DNA from: a virus | Lineage: Duplodnaviria; Heunggongvirae; Uroviricota; Caudoviricetes | DNA length: 64,000 nucleotides | Direction: 5' to 3' (one strand) | IMG/VR virus record: IMGVR_UViG_3300005831_000057 | Part shown: one piece after another, positions 47,732 to 57,735 of the stretch | How positions within the stretch are numbered: position 1 is the stretch's first letter | How the letters are laid out: each line of letters starts with the position of its first letter | Position numbers and translations under genes: made by a program | The notes under the pieces: model-generated | Told to the model about the DNA's origin: nothing | What the model saw: only the letters and a program-made list of their open reading frames with translations | The model's database searches: none

Positions 47732-48511
47732 CTATAATATTATTGCGTCAAGTCCTATATTTACACTGTCGAACGCATTTCTCTTCTCTTCTTTAGTTAT
47801 TCCAATATATTCAAGCGTAATAGAGCTAGAACTGTGCCCTAAAATACTCTGCAATACAGATAACATTTTTCCTTTATCTTCTGACGTATCATATCTAAAT
47901 CTGCAAAAACTACGTCTTAGGCTATGTGTGCCAACATCGTACCTTACACATGCGAAGTCTGATGCATCCTTTATGCTCTTGTAAAAAGCAGGATAATTCA
48001 TATGTCCGCCTCTAGCACCTTCAAATACATAATCTTCATGATTTACATATTTTATATTCTTGCCAACAGACTTAAGATAATTACTTATTGCCATTCTAAA
48101 TCCTTCATTAAAAGACAAAAAAACATGCTTGTCATATCTACTTGTTTTTTCTGGCTTAATCGTTTTGCCATCTTTGAAATTATTATTATCGTCTAGTATA
48201 TCGCCAAACTTAATAGACAATAAGTCATTTATTCTAAGCCCGAGATTTATATTGCATAAGAATATTGCCTTTTGGCATCTATAAGAATCTCTATATCTAT
48301 ACTGCGATTCAGTTATCATTTTGTCATAATATGCTACAAACTTATTTACATCTTCTAGCCTAATATATTCGCCTTTATCTTCACGATTACTTTTGGCGTT
48401 AGACTTCGTTTGTTTTGGAAGTCCATCTTTTCTTAATTTTGCTACTTTACCGCCGTCTATAACTTCTAACGGCTTACTTGTTTCAAAAGAATAAATTCTT
48501 GCAGTATTCAT
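47732..48511 (-). CDS. Tyrosine recombinase / integrase family protein
   Basis: R (GLRINDLL), HSLRRSF (HxxR) and LGHSSSSITLEYIG (catalytic Tyr) motifs. Confidence 0.7.
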   Translation of the reverse strand: MNTARIYSFETSKPLEVIDGGKVAKLRKDGLPKQTKSNAKSNREDKGEYIRLEDVNKFVAYYDKMITESQYRYRDSYRCQKAIFLCNINLGLRINDLLSIKFGDILDDNNNFKDGKTIKPEKTSRYDKHVFLSFNEGFRMAISNYLKSVGKNIKYVNHEDYVFEGARGGHMNYPAFYKSIKDASDFACVRYDVGTHSLRRSFCRFRYDTSEDKGKMLSVLQSILGHSSSSITLEYIGITKEEKRNAFDSVNIGLDAIIL

Positions 48512-48683
48512 ATCGATTCCTCCTATCCAATATAATAATTTACTTTCTCTTTAACTAATATAATCCCTACTACTACTAAACATATTAAAAACATATTATT
48601 CCTCCTATGGTAGCTAATATTAACTTGCTTGCTTACCTTGAATATAGTATACCAAAGATAAACAAGAAAGTCAATAGTAAAAT

Positions 48684-49787
48684 TTAATTTATTTCAGTTA
48701 TCCACAGAAAATCTTCGCCGTCTTCATTTCGTCCGATTACTTCAAAGTCTATCTGTACTGTCTGCTCTGTAACAGAACTCGTAAAAACTATGCATCCTTC
48801 TTCTGGTTTAAAATCAATGTCGCACATTCCGTAAAATCCTAAATCCATCATGTCTGTGTTAATATCGTCAAATGTAAGCGTACGTCCTAAAATATTATCT
48901 TCTACAGAACTCTTTTCGTTGGCAGTTTGAGCTTCTTCTATCTCTTCTAATACACCAGACGGTTTGTATTTATTTCCGCTATAATAATATCCATTATAGT
49001 AATATTCGTCAGTATCATACTCGTCGTCTTCGTCAATTTCTTCGGCATTGTAATAACTGTGCTTTGGAATATAATTATAGTTGTATTTAAATACATACTT
49101 TTCATATGCGAACGCTTTAGGATTCTCGGCTGCGTCATCTAGCATATTTTCTACTTTCTTAGCAGTATTCATCATTGCGTTTATAGAAATATATTCAGAC
49201 GTGCTATGTTCGTTAAGATACCCAATACTAAGATTTACACTTGCTACATCCCATGCGTCAGATAATTTACAGATGTCAGAAAAACTTCCAGTCTGCTTAG
49301 TAAATCCAAAATTGGTAACGTATTCTTGGAATTCTTTATTTTCACAGCTATAAAATACTGCGTCATTAACCCCACGTCTATCCAATTCGATCATATAGTT
49401 TATCTTAGGACAATTCATTAGTCTAACTGCTTGCGACGCTCCTATAGCACCAATCTCTTCGTCATGTGTAAATAGAATATGCGGTCTATATCCATCATTT
49501 AAAATTTCTTTGATGGCATAAACTCCACATCTATCATCGCCGCCAATTCCTTGAGGAGACCACATAAATTTTTCCCAAGGATCATGAACGATATTTGTTG
49601 GCAAGTTTTTATGAACAGTATCTAAATGAGCGACTAATAAAACTGGAATACTTCCTTCTGCGTAAATGAATTTATCACTTTCAAATACGTAGTCGTAGCA
49701 ACCATTCAAGAATCCCATAACGCTGTCGTGCAATTCATCTTGTGTCATTCTTAATATTTTCTTAAACTTCTTTGCTTTAAATTCCAT
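48684..49787 (-). CDS. M20/M28/M42-type dinuclear metallohydrolase-like protein
   Basis: VAHLDTVH, GGDDRCGV and THDEEIGAIG motifs. Start set at MEFKAK, which follows an AGAGGG RBS. Confidence 0.45.
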   Translation of the reverse strand: MEFKAKKFKKILRMTQDELHDSVMGFLNGCYDYVFESDKFIYAEGSIPVLLVAHLDTVHKNLPTNIVHDPWEKFMWSPQGIGGDDRCGVYAIKEILNDGYRPHILFTHDEEIGAIGASQAVRLMNCPKINYMIELDRRGVNDAVFYSCENKEFQEYVTNFGFTKQTGSFSDICKLSDAWDVASVNLSIGYLNEHSTSEYISINAMMNTAKKVENMLDDAAENPKAFAYEKYVFKYNYNYIPKHSYYNAEEIDEDDEYDTDEYYYNGYYYSGNKYKPSGVLEEIEEAQTANEKSSVEDNILGRTLTFDDINTDMMDLGFYGMCDIDFKPEEGCIVFTSSVTEQTVQIDFEVIGRNEDGEDFLWITEIN

Positions 49788-49788
49788 A

Positions 49789-51234
49789 TTAATCCCTCTT
49801 CTCTGATTTTTCATTTTGTGAATCGAAACACTCTTGACATATCACTCTCTCCGTATATGAGCCTACATCATTCATTGTTTTTCCGCAATAAACACATTTT
49901 GCATCAACTCCTATATCAAATACTGCGTCTTTATCTATGTCGACAGATTCTGAATGAGCTATTGACACATGCTCATCTCTTACGGCATCCCTATAAATTG
50001 TTGTCGCATAGTTAATTTTACCACCATAACTATTTCTGGTAATCCTCCACTTGTTTATAATGCCTAATTTGTCGGACATTATCTTTTCTAGCATTTGTCT
50101 GACACATTTAGAAATTGATTCATTCTTGCTTGTGAATTGCTTTGAGAATATAGTGCAGCAAGTATTCTTATCTAGGTGTATAAATTGTACCCAAGACTTA
50201 AATGCTCCGTCAACTGCAAATCCATATTTCTTCTGAGTAGTAATCTCGTTGCCACATGCAAATCCCACCAAAGTACATTCATCTAACATTCTTCCGATTC
50301 CACTAGACACATATCCGTCTATGCCGTGAATAAATCCGTCTAAATCTCCATCACGACACATAATATAATCGTATGGATCAATAGAAATTGTAACATTTGA
50401 TTTTACCACTTTTGACTTCATGATATCGTCGAAATCTTTAATGAAGTCTTTATTTTTTACAATATGCCTAATAATATCTGAAACCTTGTTAGATTTAACG
50501 TATAAGTTTGAAGCTATAAGCCTAATCACATGTCTATCCGTATATCTTATCGAATCTCGTAAAACTTCATCTGTCTGAAAATTCATCATAAGCGTAGCAT
50601 ATCTAGGATGTTTCATACATAAAGAACTAATCATATTTGCCATTAACGGCTCGTTGATATCGACTTCAACTTCCTCTGTGACAGATAAATTATTCCCCAT
50701 CATTACATAAAAATCATATTTAGCCACAGCCCAATCTTTAAGATATTCGTTAACCACATCTTTATTTGGCATCTTTTTATTATAACTATTGCTGCCAGCG
50801 ATTGCAAGTAATTTTTTAAATCTTTTCAAATCAACTTTACTAATCATTTCCTTTATTATCTCTTCATTTTTTTCGTTTACAATGCTATATTTAGTTGTCG
50901 CCAATTTATCACCTTCCTCTTCTTTATTTAAACTATCTTTATACTCGTTAAGAAATTTTAACATTATAATACGAGTTGACTCGGTTACAGAATACTCATC
51001 TATATTATTTATTGCAAAATCTATCTCTTCTTCTGTAGGAAAATATCTCTCAAAGCTATTAATTCGAACTATACTCCACCATTCTAAACCTACTTCATTA
51101 TTCCTAGAGCTTATAGTTACCATTCCTCCTATATCGGTACATAATCCTATGAATTTATTAAATAATGATGTTTCAGTATAACTATTGTCTATAGCTCTCC
51201 AGAACTTTCCTATGTATCTATCCCACTTATCCAT
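49789..51234 (-). CDS. Hypothetical 481-aa protein, paralog of the upstream gene; C-terminal Cys4 cluster
   Basis: Collinear similarity with the 492-aa neighbour (MLKFLNEYKD vs MLKDYLNNEE; ISIDPYDY in both; C-terminal CVYCGK...CQEC). Confidence 0.5.
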   Translation of the reverse strand: MDKWDRYIGKFWRAIDNSYTETSLFNKFIGLCTDIGGMVTISSRNNEVGLEWWSIVRINSFERYFPTEEEIDFAINNIDEYSVTESTRIIMLKFLNEYKDSLNKEEEGDKLATTKYSIVNEKNEEIIKEMISKVDLKRFKKLLAIAGSNSYNKKMPNKDVVNEYLKDWAVAKYDFYVMMGNNLSVTEEVEVDINEPLMANMISSLCMKHPRYATLMMNFQTDEVLRDSIRYTDRHVIRLIASNLYVKSNKVSDIIRHIVKNKDFIKDFDDIMKSKVVKSNVTISIDPYDYIMCRDGDLDGFIHGIDGYVSSGIGRMLDECTLVGFACGNEITTQKKYGFAVDGAFKSWVQFIHLDKNTCCTIFSKQFTSKNESISKCVRQMLEKIMSDKLGIINKWRITRNSYGGKINYATTIYRDAVRDEHVSIAHSESVDIDKDAVFDIGVDAKCVYCGKTMNDVGSYTERVICQECFDSQNEKSEKRD

Positions 51235-51243
51235 TATCTCCTC

Positions 51244-52722
51244 CTAATAATCATCATCGTCATCGTCATCGTCTCCGTTACAAGAACGACATGACACTCT
51301 ACTGCTGCTATTCTTCATTATTTTGCCACAATACACACAAGGAGCATCTTTGCCTACATTTACACATCCAAGCGATTCGGAATTTTCAGGATGCGAAGAT
51401 ATATGGTCATATCCATGCAATACGTCATGATATCCTAGGTTGCTTATATCATTGTATTCAAATGGCAACTCACTATTATAGCTTTGGTAGTATGCGTCAA
51501 CTCCAAAATAATCATTTATACTTTTAAACATCAACTTCCTTACTTCTGACGACAATTCTTCTGACTTATTCGGGTATTGTCTGCTAAAAATAACAGAACA
51601 TGATTTTTTATCCATATACACACATTGTCTCCAATATTTTGAATTTCCAATAAACTCAAACCCTAAAATATTATATCTGTAATTTTCGCCATTTTCTCGA
51701 TAGGCTATCAATGTACTTTCGTCGGTCATATAACTCACCATTCCAGTTGAATAACATCCATCAATAATATTATGGCATGAATCCCAATTATGTTTGTTGG
51801 TAGACATTGTAAGATAATCGTATGGATCAATAGAAATTACAATTTTACCTTTTACTTTCTTGTTTTGCATTGATACAGATAAATCGCTATTAAACTTACC
51901 ATCTTCGTGCAGTCTTGCCATAAATGACGATACTCTTCCGCCAATCTTAAATAGCTTTGGCATATATCTTGAAAATAAATCGTGAAATTCCATTTTATTG
52001 TTTATTAATTCTTTGCTTTTGAACGCATCTAAGTTACATGCCATTTCTGGATATCTCATCTGCAACTTTTCAATCTCTTTTTTCATTTCACTTTCGTCCA
52101 TGGAGATATCTACTTCTGCTTCAATAGATAATTTATTTCCAAACAAAACATAGAACTCAGCTTTATTTTCAGCCCAAACATCCAAATACTTACGAACAAT
52201 ATCAGCACTAGCTGCTTTCGATGTGCTTTTAGTACTCCCAGCAATTGACATCATATTGAAAAATCTTTCGTCGTCAATTTTGCCAATCATTTCTTTTTTT
52301 ATAGCCGCTTTGTCTTCTAGCGTTATATTATAGCTAAACTTTTCAACTTCTTTTATATCTTCCGCTTTAAAGTTTTCTTCATTATTTAGATAGTCTTTCA
52401 ACATATTAATAACGACTGGATATCTTTCAAAATTATTATTCCCTTTGACGAAATCAACATAACTATTCACCTCGTCTTTTGTCGGATTATAAATATCAAA
52501 GCAATTTGAATCTTTATTTCTTACGTCATAACCAACTACATAAGGACTAATATCTAAGCAACTACATACAAAAATCTTTAAGTCGTAATATATACCTATA
52601 AACTTATTCTTCTTATTAGTAACTATAAACTCGCCATTAGAATTTTCATTTGCGATAACTATATTGCCATTTGTAAACACCTTTCTTTTTAGCGCATCTA
52701 ACTTTTTAAAAGTTTCTACCAT
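51244..52722 (-). CDS. Hypothetical 492-aa protein, paralog of the downstream gene; C-terminal Cys cluster and poly-Asp tail
   Basis: Same conserved blocks as its neighbour. Ends CVYCGK...CRSCNGDDDDDDDDY. Confidence 0.5.
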   Translation of the reverse strand: MVETFKKLDALKRKVFTNGNIVIANENSNGEFIVTNKKNKFIGIYYDLKIFVCSCLDISPYVVGYDVRNKDSNCFDIYNPTKDEVNSYVDFVKGNNNFERYPVVINMLKDYLNNEENFKAEDIKEVEKFSYNITLEDKAAIKKEMIGKIDDERFFNMMSIAGSTKSTSKAASADIVRKYLDVWAENKAEFYVLFGNKLSIEAEVDISMDESEMKKEIEKLQMRYPEMACNLDAFKSKELINNKMEFHDLFSRYMPKLFKIGGRVSSFMARLHEDGKFNSDLSVSMQNKKVKGKIVISIDPYDYLTMSTNKHNWDSCHNIIDGCYSTGMVSYMTDESTLIAYRENGENYRYNILGFEFIGNSKYWRQCVYMDKKSCSVIFSRQYPNKSEELSSEVRKLMFKSINDYFGVDAYYQSYNSELPFEYNDISNLGYHDVLHGYDHISSHPENSESLGCVNVGKDAPCVYCGKIMKNSSSRVSCRSCNGDDDDDDDDY

Positions 52723-52748
52723 TTCGCTCCTCCTTAAACTATTTTATA

Positions 52749-53009
52749 TTATCTTCCTTCGTAAATTCTTTTTATTCTATTCCAATCTACGCACTTATGT
52801 TTCTTTATTATTTCTTCGATTCCATATCTATATCCAGCCTCTAGCGTAAATATAGAGTCTGTGTGCGTCTTTATGAATTTAACTGGCAACTTATGAATAC
52901 GAGACCAAGTTCTTATAATTTCTGTGCGGTTCATATTTTTTCTTACAGTCTCTTTTTCTCCAACCAAAATCCCAAACCCTTGCATTACTACTTTCTTTTT
53001 GAATGACAT
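52749..53009 (-). CDS. Hypothetical protein
   Basis: 86 aa ORF. Confidence 0.3.
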   Translation of the reverse strand: MSFKKKVVMQGFGILVGEKETVRKNMNRTEIIRTWSRIHKLPVKFIKTHTDSIFTLEAGYRYGIEEIIKKHKCVDWNRIKRIYEGR

Positions 53010-53010
53010 A

Positions 53011-53250
53011 TTAGATTCCTACCTTAACTAATTTATAGTTGGTAATAGCTGGAAGATAAAAATACTTAAATCTTGCCTTAATATTTTCTGCGACAACCAC
53101 TAAATCCATCTGCCCAGTAATTCTTTTACTTGTAGTAATTTCTGTGCTTGCAGTGTGCTCAACTCTTTTAGTCACGCCAGTTTCATATGTATAAAAAATG
53201 ATATATTTATAAGTAGCCATTAGATTTCCTCCTTTTCTAGTAATTCCCAA
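53011..53250 (-). CDS. Hypothetical protein
   Basis: 79 aa ORF. Confidence 0.3.
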   Translation of the reverse strand: MGITRKGGNLMATYKYIIFYTYETGVTKRVEHTASTEITTSKRITGQMDLVVVAENIKARFKYFYLPAITNYKLVKVGI

Positions 53251-53489
53251 GTTATGTGTATTGCGAATTCGCCATCTTTACACACTGCCTCGGTGATGTA
53301 AATAAACGCTTGTAATTTATTTACTATTGGTACATTTGTTTCTACTTCGGTACTTCTTGGCGAATCAGAAGCTCTCTTATACACGTCTGACGTTTTTACA
53401 AGACAATTTATCCTATATTTGTATCTATATTTTTTCATACTTCTATTTCCTTTACTTTTTTTTGCTTTATTTATAATTACTTGTGACAT
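53220..53489 (-). CDS. Hypothetical basic protein
   Basis: 89 aa ORF. Confidence 0.3.
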   Translation of the reverse strand: MSQVIINKAKKSKGNRSMKKYRYKYRINCLVKTSDVYKRASDSPRSTEVETNVPIVNKLQAFIYITEAVCKDGEFAIHITWELLEKEEI

Positions 53490-54109
53490 TTACAAGCTAA
53501 ACATTATAACCAAACTAAATATATAGCTATAACGCCTAGCCTATACAATTTACTTCTTTAACATTCTATCCATATACATCTTAGCATTTCCGACTCTAAT
53601 TTCACGAGCAGAATCTTTTTGTTTGCTATCCATATACGTTACACATGTACGATTTGGACATTCTATAGACTTCCATCTACACTTTTTACAACATGCTGCT
53701 TGCTCCATTCTATCTCTCCTTTGCTATTCTATTTTTTATTTATTATCATCTATATTTTCAATTTCTTTCATCATTCTCTTGATTTTTATTCTGCTAATCT
53801 GAAAGCATGATACAAAAGAAACAAAAATTAATATTGCCATAATTTCTAACATACTCATATTACTTACCATTCTTTCCGTTTATCATATTATAATATCTCT
53901 TAAATTTTTCGTCGTCCATTCTGTAAATATCTTTCATTGCTATTCTGGTCTTAATACTATCAACTAGAACGCATAATGCAAAAATTACCACTAATATAAT
54001 TTCAAATATTCCCATAATTATCTCTTTCCTTTCCCATTTTTTATATTGTCACAGATAGAAACTATCCACAACATGATTAATGTAACCGACATCACTAATA
54101 ATACATCCA

Positions 54110-54313
54110 TTAATTCCCACTCCTTCTTTCCATTACTTTCTTAATTATCTCTTCCTTATTCTTTGGGTAATAAACTCCATTATAATACTTCTTATGATTT
54201 TCATTCGCAGCAATAGCACTGCATTTTTCGCTACAATTCTTAGCATCACTTCTGTTAGAAATAAACTTGTCGCCACATATTTGACAAACTTTATCATACT
54301 TTTGACCTCTCAT
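54110..54313 (-). CDS. Small zinc-ribbon protein
   Basis: CQIC...C..KC cysteine pairs. Confidence 0.3.
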   Translation of the reverse strand: MRGQKYDKVCQICGDKFISNRSDAKNCSEKCSAIAANENHKKYYNGVYYPKNKEEIIKKVMERRSGN

Positions 54314-54356
54314 TACAATTCTCCTATTCTTTTCTCGTATTTTTTTAATTCACTCA

Positions 54357-54638
54357 TTATGAAACCCTTTCGATTGACTCGATGCACTTTTTTGTACATA
54401 GATAAACTGAATACACTTCGTTTATACTAACAAGTGAAACGTATGTCGAAAACAGGCATTTAATTGGCGTAGCAACTCCGTCAGTAGCTACTTTTTCTAT
54501 GTTGCAATCTCCCCAATCTACTAATTTTCTCACATTTGACATTACGACACTTTCCCCATCTATAGAATCTAGCGTTCCAAAAAATACTCCAGCTCTATCT
54601 GATCTAACAATAACTCTTTTCCCGATAAATTGTTTCAT
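54357..54638 (-). CDS. Hypothetical protein
   Basis: 93 aa ORF. Confidence 0.3.
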   Translation of the reverse strand: MKQFIGKRVIVRSDRAGVFFGTLDSIDGESVVMSNVRKLVDWGDCNIEKVATDGVATPIKCLFSTYVSLVSINEVYSVYLCTKKCIESIERVS

Positions 54639-54685
54639 ACTATCTCCTTCGCTATTTAGGTAGCTGCCTATTTATTTTTTTATTC

Positions 54686-55030
54686 TTAAAATAGTCCTTC
54701 TACATAGTTAGTACTTCTACCAAATATGAAATAATTTTCTGCGTCATACCATTCTTTTCTTGGCATAAACAGCCCCTTCATATGTTCTAATTCCATCTTT
54801 GCTTTGTTAGACTCTCTTTCAGCCCAGTCGTTCGCTGCGTTATGATCGTCGGCGGCTATAGTAAACATGTCTTCGCCTCGATATAAATCTGATATCTGAT
54901 TGCTTTTATAAGTGTCATAAAGCTTTCTTTCAATTGCTTCATGCAACTCTTTCATTACAGAATATCTTTCTCTACTAGAAAGTTCATCCCATTTTCCCAA
55001 CTTTAATTCTATATATTTTATTATTCTCAT
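54686..55030 (-). CDS. Hypothetical protein
   Basis: 114 aa ORF. Confidence 0.3.
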   Translation of the reverse strand: MRIIKYIELKLGKWDELSSRERYSVMKELHEAIERKLYDTYKSNQISDLYRGEDMFTIAADDHNAANDWAERESNKAKMELEHMKGLFMPRKEWYDAENYFIFGRSTNYVEGLF

Positions 55031-55082
55031 TTCGTCACCTCTAATTTTATTTTTTTGTAGCTGATTCCAATTGCAGTATTTG

Positions 55083-55313
55083 TTATTTTTCTAGGAAGTC
55101 TTCGGCTTCTTTCAAAGTTTTACTCTGAAACTCGACTTCTCTAAGCTTTGTACATATGTTAAATTCTGACACATGCATAATCACATACTTGTTATAAATT
55201 CCAAGTTTTTTCATATCGTTTCTATTTAATTCCACAATACAATTTCCCTTAACTGTTTTCAGCTTTCTCATGTTAATCCTCCTTAATAATTTTGTATTCA
55301 ATTGGATGATCAT
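55083..55313 (-). CDS. Hypothetical small protein
   Basis: 76 aa ORF. Confidence 0.3.
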   Translation of the reverse strand: MIIQLNTKLLRRINMRKLKTVKGNCIVELNRNDMKKLGIYNKYVIMHVSEFNICTKLREVEFQSKTLKEAEDFLEK

Positions 55314-55593
55314 CTGTTACATATTTTGTGCCATTTGTTTTAAACTTGACACTAATTAAACTTCCGTTTTTGATATTGTAATCCACCAAGAATTTACTAC
55401 CATCTTGAGTAATTACACATCCATTCTGGTAAACACACTCTCTCGTAACCACATATTTTGGTACTTGCTTTTGTTCTAAAACTTTAACACCCCCGTCGAT
55501 AAGTATGGTGGCTAACATGACTAAAATTCCTATTCCTAAAATCCTAAGCGAATCCATTCTATTTCCTTTCACTAAAACCCTCCTTTTATACAC
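55273..55593 (-). CDS. Membrane-anchored hypothetical protein
   Basis: 106 aa with an N-terminal TM helix. Confidence 0.3.
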   Translation of the reverse strand: MYKRRVLVKGNRMDSLRILGIGILVMLATILIDGGVKVLEQKQVPKYVVTRECVYQNGCVITQDGSKFLVDYNIKNGSLISVKFKTNGTKYVTDDHPIEYKIIKED

Positions 55594-55847
55594 TTATTTA
55601 TTTCTGTTCGAACATCCACGCTCCACAAAAACTGCATAGCTTGTTCTACAGTTATTTTTCCACTTAATAACGCGATCTGCTTCTCTACAAATAACTCCGA
55701 TAGCCAATGTGGGTTGAAAGTTTTAAGTCTATTCTTTCCACGTTTTCTACTGACGCTCAATTGCTCATTATATTCCATGCTATTAAGCCTTGTATTCCAT
55801 TTAAACAATACTCTGTTAATCTTTGATGGTAAATTTTTCTGTTCCAT
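55572..55847 (-). CDS. Hypothetical protein
   Basis: 91 aa ORF, first gene after the promoter. Confidence 0.3.
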   Translation of the reverse strand: MEQKNLPSKINRVLFKWNTRLNSMEYNEQLSVSRKRGKNRLKTFNPHWLSELFVEKQIALLSGKITVEQAMQFLWSVDVRTEINKCIKGGF

Positions 55848-55875
55848 AACTACCTCCTATGTATGTTCTATTATT

Positions 55876-55904
55876 AATATACCATATATGATTTTACTTG
55901 TCAA
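55876..55904 (-). promoter_or_regulatory. Sigma-A promoter (minus strand): TTGACA-N17-TATATT
   Basis: Reverse complement reads TTGACAagtaaaatcatatatggTATATT. Confidence 0.45.
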
Positions 55905-55913
55905 CTATTATTT

Positions 55914-56222
55914 TTATTCTGTATCTTTTAAATCTTTAATGTCTTGTACGTAATCAGATATTTTTCTACGTATCACTCTTATCAGACACTTAAATTCCAA
56001 TACTGCGCTACATACTATTGCAGCTTTTCTACTTATAAAAGTATATTTTAGATATTTATTCCATGTTGGTATGTCCAGTTCTGTTATTCGTTCCGTATTC
56101 ATGTTGTAGACATTGTTCTCGTCTGATCCATGAAACTTATTCTTGCAAATAACAAAGCTAAAAGGATTAACCATGTAATAATAATCACCAGATTTTAAAT
56201 TGTCAGCTTTTTTCTTAGTCAT
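55914..56222 (-). CDS. Hypothetical protein
   Basis: 102 aa ORF. Confidence 0.3.
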   Translation of the reverse strand: MTKKKADNLKSGDYYYMVNPFSFVICKNKFHGSDENNVYNMNTERITELDIPTWNKYLKYTFISRKAAIVCSAVLEFKCLIRVIRRKISDYVQDIKDLKDTE

Positions 56223-56235
56223 AATACACCTACTT

Positions 56236-56457
56236 TCATACTAAATTCATTGATATCCATCTTTTAGCGCTTGTCAAGGTCTTGCATACTACCAATACCG
56301 ATAACTCCTCGCTACACTCCTCTACGTTATAGACATCATTCTCTTTTGATATCCATACGTATTTTCCATATTTCTTGTGGTTAATTTCTCTAGCCCAACA
56401 TGTAGGACTCCCGTCATCATCGTCACTTTCGTGTATTACACTATATGTAGTCTTCAT
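56236..56457 (-). CDS. Hypothetical protein
   Basis: 73 aa ORF, first gene after the promoter. Confidence 0.3.
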   Translation of the reverse strand: MKTTYSVIHESDDDDGSPTCWAREINHKKYGKYVWISKENDVYNVEECSEELSVLVVCKTLTSAKRWISMNLV

Positions 56458-56503
56458 CTGTTCTCCTCTGCTTTACGAAGCATAACTTTTTTTGTTATAA
56501 CTA

Positions 56504-56532
56504 ACTATACAATAAATAATTATATCTGTCAA
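56504..56532 (-). promoter_or_regulatory. Sigma-A promoter (minus strand): TTGACA-N17-TATAGT with an A-tract UP element
   Basis: Reverse complement reads AAAAAAAGTGTTGACAgatataattatttattgTATAGT. Confidence 0.5.
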
Positions 56533-56568
56533 CACTTTTTTTAAAAATGTTATAAAGAATTTAATATG

Positions 56569-57279
56569 TTATTTTATTCCATATCTTTCCAATTCTTCTT
56601 TTAACTCTTCTCTTAGTATTGAATCATTCCTTAATTCATTTCCGTAGTATCTTAGAACTGCCATAGCCTCTAAATATCCATTACTTAATTCGCCATACAA
56701 TTCTTCTAGTGTTTTACGATTTATAAAATCCTCATCTGTCCTCATGATAGTTTCATAAATCTGTGGGTATTTTTCATGTACACCACTAATGTGAATAAGT
56801 TGATAATATCCTCCACCTAAATATTTTATCCAATGGGAATCGTTAGCATCTCTAATATTAACGTAAGATCCATTCACCATATAACTGCTTTTATATTCAA
56901 GAAATGCTTTTCTATCAGCGTCGTTCTTAAATGTAATACCATCATTATGTTCTATGTATGTTCTCATGGTTGAATGTTCTCCTTTACTTGTAATTGCCAA
57001 AGCTTCGTTGTAATAGATATCTACTTCGAAACTATAATATCCATCTTGTTCTGAATAACAAGGAATAAAATACATCTTCCCTTCGTTTCCGAACCTAAAT
57101 CCAAAATCTAATCCATTTTCAAATGTGAGTTCTTCGTCAAAATCCTCGTCATACGCAGCGCACTCCAACTCTTCAAACGCAGCGTAATTAATCTCGTTAC
57201 AATCTGGTAAGAATACATATGTGATACTATTCCCGTTATCGAAAAATATTCCATCTTCGTTTACTTCTCTTATTTTCAT
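56569..57279 (-). CDS. Hypothetical protein
   Basis: 236 aa ORF. Confidence 0.35.
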   Translation of the reverse strand: MKIREVNEDGIFFDNGNSITYVFLPDCNEINYAAFEELECAAYDEDFDEELTFENGLDFGFRFGNEGKMYFIPCYSEQDGYYSFEVDIYYNEALAITSKGEHSTMRTYIEHNDGITFKNDADRKAFLEYKSSYMVNGSYVNIRDANDSHWIKYLGGGYYQLIHISGVHEKYPQIYETIMRTDEDFINRKTLEELYGELSNGYLEAMAVLRYYGNELRNDSILREELKEELERYGIK

Positions 57280-57352
57280 ATCGTTCTCCTTTTTATTTTA
57301 ATACTTATTACAACACCTCAGATTAAGGTGCTGAGTAAATACTAAAATATGT

Positions 57353-57703
57353 TTATTCTGTATATTCAGAGTATAGTAAATGTAATATTTCGTCACTAGA
57401 CATACCGTCGTCAATCAAATCCATTCCAAGACTCGCGAACTTCTGTTCTAAATATTCTTTGTTTCGTTCTCTAAGTTCCTCTTCTGACATTTTAGCCAAA
57501 TTATTTTTTAATCTTTCTTCGGCTCTGTTATATGACTCTTGCGATATTTCTTGCTCGTACACGCATTCCCTTCTTATAGTAAGTGCAGTTTGTCCGCACA
57601 TATCACACTTATAATATATGAAACGTCTACTAGCACTTCGGAACTGTTCTATATAGTCATGAAAACATGTATTTCTTTTGGTAAATATATTAAACATTCC
57701 CAT
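57353..57703 (-). CDS. Hypothetical protein
   Basis: 116 aa ORF. Confidence 0.3.
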   Translation of the reverse strand: MGMFNIFTKRNTCFHDYIEQFRSASRRFIYYKCDMCGQTALTIRRECVYEQEISQESYNRAEERLKNNLAKMSEEELRERNKEYLEQKFASLGMDLIDDGMSSDEILHLLYSEYTE

Positions 57704-57735
57704 TATATCTCCTCACTTTTTTTATTTTTGTTCTA

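Noticed and set aside
47732-48511. Tyrosine recombinase marking a prophage end or attP
   Set aside because: No flanking att-like direct repeat or host-like sequence is visible. The gene sits mid-cluster between phage genes, so it is equally likely a resolvase or other site-specific recombinase.
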